Below, one piece after another: positions 58,722 to 64,000 of a DNA stretch of 64,000 nucleotides (positions within the stretch are counted from its first letter, which is position 1; every line of letters starts with the position of its first letter). The notes under the pieces are model-generated. The model worked only from the letters and a program-made list of their open reading frames with translations. It did not search any database and was not told where the DNA came from. The stretch lies in assembly GCA_963665295.1 (NCBI GenBank), contig OY762209.1, positions 2,976,001 to 3,040,000 on the forward strand, read 5' to 3'. A program made the translations under genes and the position numbers. This DNA comes from Syntrophorhabdaceae bacterium. GTDB lineage: Bacteria; Desulfobacterota; Syntrophorhabdia; Syntrophorhabdales; Syntrophorhabdaceae.

Positions 58722-61427
58722 TCAATTATAGATCTTCTCGATTCTGGTAGAGCAAACCTTGTACTCGGGTATTTTGCACCCGGGGTCAAGGCGATCCGTG
58801 GTCAATCTGTTTGCACAGGATTCATAGAAATGGAAAGGAATAAAGACAACATTCGGTTTCAGCCTCTCCGCAATTTTGGCCCTGATCCTGATACTGCCCC
58901 GTCTTGTCGACATGGACACCATCTCTCCATCTTCTATGTTGAGGTTGATGGCGTCGTTCGGGTTGACCTCGACAAAACCCTCGGGTACCAGTTCGTTGAG
59001 GATCTTCGAGTTCCGGGTCATTGTCCCTGAGTGAAAATGTTCGAGGAGGCGTCCCGTCGTTAGTGTCAGCGGATATTCCCTGTCAACCTCTTCCGCAGGG
59101 GGCGTGTATTCGATGGCGGTGAACAGGCCGAGACCCCTTGAAAAGGTATTCTTGTGAAGATATTGGGTGCCCGGGTGGTCCGTCGTAGGACAGGGCCACT
59201 GGATCAGTTCCTTTTCGATTCTTTCGTATGTGATGCCCGCGTACGAGGGAGTGACCTTCCTTATTTCGTCGAAGATGTCCGCGGCCTTTTCATAATTCCA
59301 GCCCGCACCCATCCTGTTGGCGATTTGACTGGTGATCCACCAGTCGTACCTCGCATTTCCCCACACCGGAAGCACGCGGTGCATGGGCTGAACCCTGCGT
59401 TCCGTGTTCGTGACGGTCCCTTCCTTTTCGAGAAACGCCGAGGAGGGGAGCACCACGTCGGCATAAGCCGCGGTTTCCGTGAGAAATATATCCTGGACCA
59501 CCAGAAAGTCGAGGTGCTCCAGGGCTTCGATGACGTGCGCCTGATTGGGATCGGAAAGCACAGGGTTTTCACCCATTATATACATGGCCTTCACGTTTCC
59601 CCCGTGAGCAGCGTTCATCATCTCCATAAGGGTAAGCCCGGGTGCTGTGGGCAGGTCCGTGGCTCCCCAGGCAGCCTCGAATTTAGCCTTGTTCTGCTCC
59701 GAAAGGACAGGTTGGTATGCCGGATAGGTGGCCGGCAGACAACCCATGTCACAGGCGCCCTGAACGTTATTCTGGCCCCTCAAGGGGTTCACGCCGCCAC
59801 CGGGTACGCCCATGTTGCCGAGCAGCATCTGGAGGTTTGCCGTGGATTTAACCCCGCTCACCCCTGAAATGAACTGGGTGATGCCCATGGAGTAATAAAG
59901 AGCCATGGGCTTGATGCCCGCCATAAGGCGCGCTGCCTTTGCAATGTCTCCAGGGTTGTCCAGCCCGCATATTTCCGCCACATATTCGGGCGTGTACTTC
60001 TCGAGGGTCTTCGCCATCTCGTCAAAGTTTTCGCACCGGGATTCGACGAAGGTTTTATTGTAGAGGCCCTCTTTTATGAGAACGTGCATGAATCCGTTGA
60101 GGATTGCGATGTTGGTCCCCGGTTTTATCTGAAAGTAATAGTCCGCGTATTTTCCAAGCTCGATCTTCCTCGGGTCCACGACGATCAGTTTCTTGTGGTT
60201 GTTGCGGACCGCATTTTTGATCATGGAGCCTATTACAGGATGATTGTCTGTTGTGTTGGATCCGATGACAAGGAACCCTTCGCTTACCGGCACTTCCCGG
60301 ATCGAGTTTGTCATTGCTCCGGAGCCGAATACAGCCGCCAGACCGGCGACCGTGGAGCTATGTCAGAGACGGGCGCAGTGGTCTATGTTGTTCGAGCCCA
60401 CCACCGCCCTCATGAACTTTTGCATGAGATAATTCTCTTCATTGGTGCATTTTGCTGAGGAGAGGGCCGCGATCGAGTCCGGTCCGTACTCCTTCTTCGT
60501 CTCCGTGAGCCGCCGGGCAACGAGGTCGAGGGCCTCGTCCCATTCCGTTTCAACGAAGGCGCCGTCTTTCTTCACGAGCGGCTTGGACAACCTCCTTGGA
60601 CTCTGGACAAAGTCGAAACCAAACCTGCCTTTCACGCAAAGATGACCCCTGTTGGGACCGTCGTCATTGCCCATGGCCTTCGTGAGCAAGCCTTTTTTGT
60701 CCGTGTAGAAGTCGATTTTGCATCCTACGCCGCAATAGATACATATGCTCGATTCCTTCTTGAGTTCCCAGTTCACACCCTTGCCAAGGACCGTCTGGTA
60801 GCTCAAAGCCCCAGTGGGACACAGTTGAACACAGGTCCCGCACTTCGTACAAGTTTCCGACTCTCCCCAGAGTTTGTTGTCGTCTACGGTAAGGTGCGTC
60901 TGGGAGCCTCTTTCCGCAAAACCCCACACATTCGATACCTGGACCTCTTTACATGCTCTCACGCAGCGTCCGCAGAGTATGCACCTGTTCTCATTTCTCT
61001 TGAGGGCCTTGCTCGACGTATAATCCATGGTGCGCGACCTTCTTATGGTGTCCGCATATGGCTGAGGCTCGACGCCGTATTTCTGTACGAGGACCTGCAA
61101 ATCACATGCGCCGTTCGCGTCGCAGTACAGGCAGTTGTGGTCGCCTTCGGAAAGAAGCAATTCCAGTACCCATTTCCTGTATTCCGCGATGGCGTCGTCC
61201 TCGGTAACGATGTTCATGCCGTCCGCCGCCGGTTCGGAGCAGGACGCCTTGAACATCTTGCCGTTTACCCGGACAAGACATACCCGGCACGCGCCGCTCT
61301 TGCTCAACTTGGGATGGTAGCAAAGATAAGGGATATCGATGCCGTTCTCCAGGGCCACCTCGAGAATGGTCTGCCCCGTCTTTCCTGCCACTTCTTTGCC
61401 ATCAATGGTGAGCTTGATCTCTTCCAT
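58722..61427 (-). CDS. fdhA: Selenocysteine formate dehydrogenase alpha subunit (901 aa)
   Basis: Two track ORFs are in frame across TGA at 60363-60365, in the context DHCARL-U-HSSTVAGL; NuoG-like Fe-S N-terminus, CIYCGVGC, PLRGQNNVQG. Confidence 0.95.
60331..60353 (-). promoter_or_regulatory. Bacterial SECIS element
   Basis: Minus strand ACGGTCGCC-GGTCT-GGCGGCTGT stem-loop starting 10 nt after the UGA; GGUCU apical loop as in fdhF-type SECIS. Confidence 0.85.
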
Positions 61428-61478
61428 TAACTATCTCCTTTTACGGCAATGTAATACCCGTGTCCGATGGAATGGAGC

Positions 61479-61517
61479 GTGGCGCATGGCGAACACGATT
61501 CCGGTCCCATGCGCCAC
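61479..61517. other. Intergenic hairpin between hydA and fdhA
   Basis: 11-bp perfect stem GTGGCGCATGG/CCATGCGCCAC; no U-tract. Confidence 0.55.
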
Positions 61518-61539
61518 AATATCGTCTGTTAAACCGATC

Positions 61540-63261
61540 TTATTGCACGCCTCTTTTTTTGTATTTTGTATGAAGCAGCCGGTGCGATTTCTCACCAAGA
61601 GGCTCCTTCAGGTATTCTTCATAAATGCGTGTCACTGACGGATTTTCGTGGGACTTTCTGCGGGGCAGGCCCTTGTCCTCGGCGTAGAGCGCCTCGGCCC
61701 TCAGCCGTCGCACCTTGTTGTCCACGGGAATGGGCTGACCGCCGCCTCCCACGCAACCGCCGGGACATGCCATGATCTCGATGAAATGATAGTCCGCGGT
61801 GCCGTTCTGTAATTTTTCCATTACCTTGCGCGCATTGCCGAGGCCATGGGCTACCGCGACTTTCACGTCTCCCACACCCTCCACAGGCACGGTCGCTTCC
61901 TTGACCCCTTCAAGACCTCTCACGGCGACAAAGTCCAGGTTCTCCAGGGTCTTGCCGGTGATTACTTCGTAAGCGGTCCTGAGCGCTGCTTCCATAACGC
62001 CGCCTGTGGCGCCGAAGATGGTGCCTGCGCCCGTATACTCACCCATGGGTGCGTCATATTCGCCATCTTCAAGCTCCCTGAACTCTATGCCCGCCTGTCT
62101 GATCATCCGCGCAAGCTCCCGCGTGGTGAGCACGTAGTCCACGTCCTTATAACCACTATCCGTCATCTCGGGCCGCTCGCACTCGAACTTCTTCGCGGTG
62201 CAGGGCATAACGGACACAACTATGATATCCTTGGGGTTGAGGCCCTCTTTCTCGGCGAAATAGGTTTTCGCCAAAGCGCCGAGCATCTGCTGCGGGGACT
62301 TGCACGTGGAAAGGTGAGGCAGCATGTCAGGGTAAAAGTGCTCGATGAACTTGATCCATCCCGGGCTGCAGCTCGTGATTAGGGGGAGGACCCCGCCTTC
62401 CTTTATGCGTTTGATCAGCTCGTTGCCTTCCTCGATGATGGTAAGGTCGGCGGTGAAGTTCGTGTCGAACACACGGTCAAATCCGAGCTTCCTTACAGCG
62501 GACAGCATCTTTCCCGTCACAAGTGTTCCGGGAGGATATCCGAATTCCTCTCCCAGGGCTGCCCGTACCGCGGGGGCGTCCTGGACGACGACAAATTTGG
62601 TGGGGTCCGAAAGGGCATCCCACACGGCATCTATGCTTGACTTTTCAGTGATGGCTCCCACTGGACACACGAGGGAGCATTGGCCGCAATTGGTGCACGC
62701 CACGTCGTTGATACTTTCATCGAATGCGGGTGCGACCTTTGATTCAAAGCCCCTGCCCTGGGCAAAAAGGGCGGTCACGCTCTGGACTTCCTTGCAGACA
62801 GTCACGCAACGGCGGCAAAGAATGCATTTGCTCTGGTCTCTTCTCAGAGAGGGTGAGCCGCTGTCTATACCGCCCGCGCTTCTGGCGCCGGGGAACCTTA
62901 CTTCTCGCACCCCAAGCTCTTCCGCAATTTTCTGAAGCTCGCACTTGAGGTTCCGTGGACAGGTGAGGCAGTCCATGGGGTGGTTGGAAAGAAGCATCTC
63001 AACGGAGAATTTTCTCGCCTTCCTCACCCGTTCGGTGCTTGTGTGCACCACAAGTCCTTCAGATACAGGGAAGACACATGCCGCCTGGAGGGCGCGGTTG
63101 CCCTCGACCTCCACAAGACATACCCTGCACGCCCCTATGGCCTGCACCTCAGGGAGATAGCAGAGCGTAGGGATGTGAACCTTTGCCTCTTTCGCGGCCT
63201 GCAGGATCGTGCTTCCCTGCTCAACTGCAACTTTCTGACCGTCTATGGTTAAGTTTATCAT
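61540..63261 (-). CDS. hydA: [FeFe]-hydrogenase catalytic subunit (group A)
   Basis: TSCSPGW, MPCTAKKFE, EIMACPGGCVGGGG; NuoG-like N-terminal clusters. Confidence 0.95.
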   Translation of the reverse strand: MINLTIDGQKVAVEQGSTILQAAKEAKVHIPTLCYLPEVQAIGACRVCLVEVEGNRALQAACVFPVSEGLVVHTSTERVRKARKFSVEMLLSNHPMDCLTCPRNLKCELQKIAEELGVREVRFPGARSAGGIDSGSPSLRRDQSKCILCRRCVTVCKEVQSVTALFAQGRGFESKVAPAFDESINDVACTNCGQCSLVCPVGAITEKSSIDAVWDALSDPTKFVVVQDAPAVRAALGEEFGYPPGTLVTGKMLSAVRKLGFDRVFDTNFTADLTIIEEGNELIKRIKEGGVLPLITSCSPGWIKFIEHFYPDMLPHLSTCKSPQQMLGALAKTYFAEKEGLNPKDIIVVSVMPCTAKKFECERPEMTDSGYKDVDYVLTTRELARMIRQAGIEFRELEDGEYDAPMGEYTGAGTIFGATGGVMEAALRTAYEVITGKTLENLDFVAVRGLEGVKEATVPVEGVGDVKVAVAHGLGNARKVMEKLQNGTADYHFIEIMACPGGCVGGGGQPIPVDNKVRRLRAEALYAEDKGLPRRKSHENPSVTRIYEEYLKEPLGEKSHRLLHTKYKKRGVQ

Positions 63262-63283
63262 ACCTGATCACTCTCCTTGCACC

Positions 63284-64000
63284 TTAGTTTGTAGGCTGAT
63301 CTTCTTGTCTCAGGTAGCAGTGGAGGCATCTTTTGGCCTCTTCAACCGCCGATTTCGACGGGTAGGGGAGCACTACTTCCTTGAAGTTCCTATACCTTTC
63401 GGAAAGAGGCATAGTCGGCGCATCGGCCCGCTTTCTCTCTTTCTGGTATTCCTCCTCGTTGTAGGAAACAACCAGGTTCACGAGTCTTTCGCGGAAGGTG
63501 TCCTTCAGGATGCCGTCTCCTCCGAGGTACCTGTCGATTGCCATGGCCGCTTTCTTGCCGTCTCCTATTGCCTCCACTACGGTGGCAGGGCCTCGTACTG
63601 CGTCCCCTGCAGCGAAGACCCCCTCTCGCGTGGTCTCAAGGTTTTTGAGATCGGCTACCGCGATGGTCCCATTGCTGCTCAGGGATATTCCGTCGCCATT
63701 CACATAGGAGAGGTCGGGGACCTGTCCGATGGCGGCGATTATCGTATCGACATCGAGAAGGAACTCGGAGCCGGGTATGGCCTCGGGTTTCCGGCGGCCG
63801 CTGTTGTCGAACCGGCCGAGCGACATGCGGACACATTCAATCTTCGTGACCTTGCCGTTCTCGATAACCAGACTCTTCGGGGCTACCAGCGTATGAATCT
63901 TGACCCCTTCACTCTCGGCTTCCTCGATCTCCTCTTCGTAAGCAGGCATATCTTCCTTGTCCCTGCGATAGAGCACGGACACGCCTTTTGCTCCGAGACG
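63284..64000 (-). CDS. GltD-like FAD/NAD(P) oxidoreductase C-terminal part (partial; possibly a NuoF-GltD fusion)
   Basis: Frame open to the window edge; RLGAKGVSVLYRR..EDMPA, FAAGDAVRGPATVVEAIGDG, EAKRCLHC. Confidence 0.85.
   Translation of the reverse strand, partial: RLGAKGVSVLYRRDKEDMPAYEEEIEEAESEGVKIHTLVAPKSLVIENGKVTKIECVRMSLGRFDNSGRRKPEAIPGSEFLLDVDTIIAAIGQVPDLSYVNGDGISLSSNGTIAVADLKNLETTREGVFAAGDAVRGPATVVEAIGDGKKAAMAIDRYLGGDGILKDTFRERLVNLVVSYNEEEYQKERKRADAPTMPLSERYRNFKEVVLPYPSKSAVEEAKRCLHCYLRQEDQPTN

Overview
Chromosomal window from a GC-rich anaerobic bacterium. Gene content (TRAP transporter plus CoA ligase, Sec formate dehydrogenase, several [FeFe]-hydrogenases, a TonB-dependent receptor) suggests a syntrophic Desulfobacterota member, possibly Syntrophorhabdus-like; this is an inference. 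Left part: tRNA-Met and HU, an intact but apparently catalytically dead type IIG restriction-modification-like gene, and a translationally coupled sdhC-sdhA-sdhB-Rieske-cytochrome b-small membrane protein operon with no cytochrome c gene. Next come a candidate rod-shaped RNA and a TonB receptor-YfiR-hybrid kinase operon damaged twice (G7 frameshift, and a 1675-bp IS with 17-bp inverted repeats and a TAATTA duplication). Middle: enolase, DEAD-box helicase, an RsbV/RsbW/RsbW-GNAT module, an MFS pump, and a TRAP/acyl-CoA ligase/GntR unit. The right 26 kb is a hydrogen/formate cluster: hypFCDE; gltP-aspA-hydF-hydG (hydG frameshifted); rex-hydCBA-hydS-phosphatase behind a consensus sigma70 promoter tiled by four abutting GATA-N6-TATC palindromes; and, convergently, a GltD-like flavoprotein-hydA-fdhA(Sec)-fdhC operon. 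No CRISPR array or rRNA was seen. All functional calls rest on motifs read by eye; no database searches were run.
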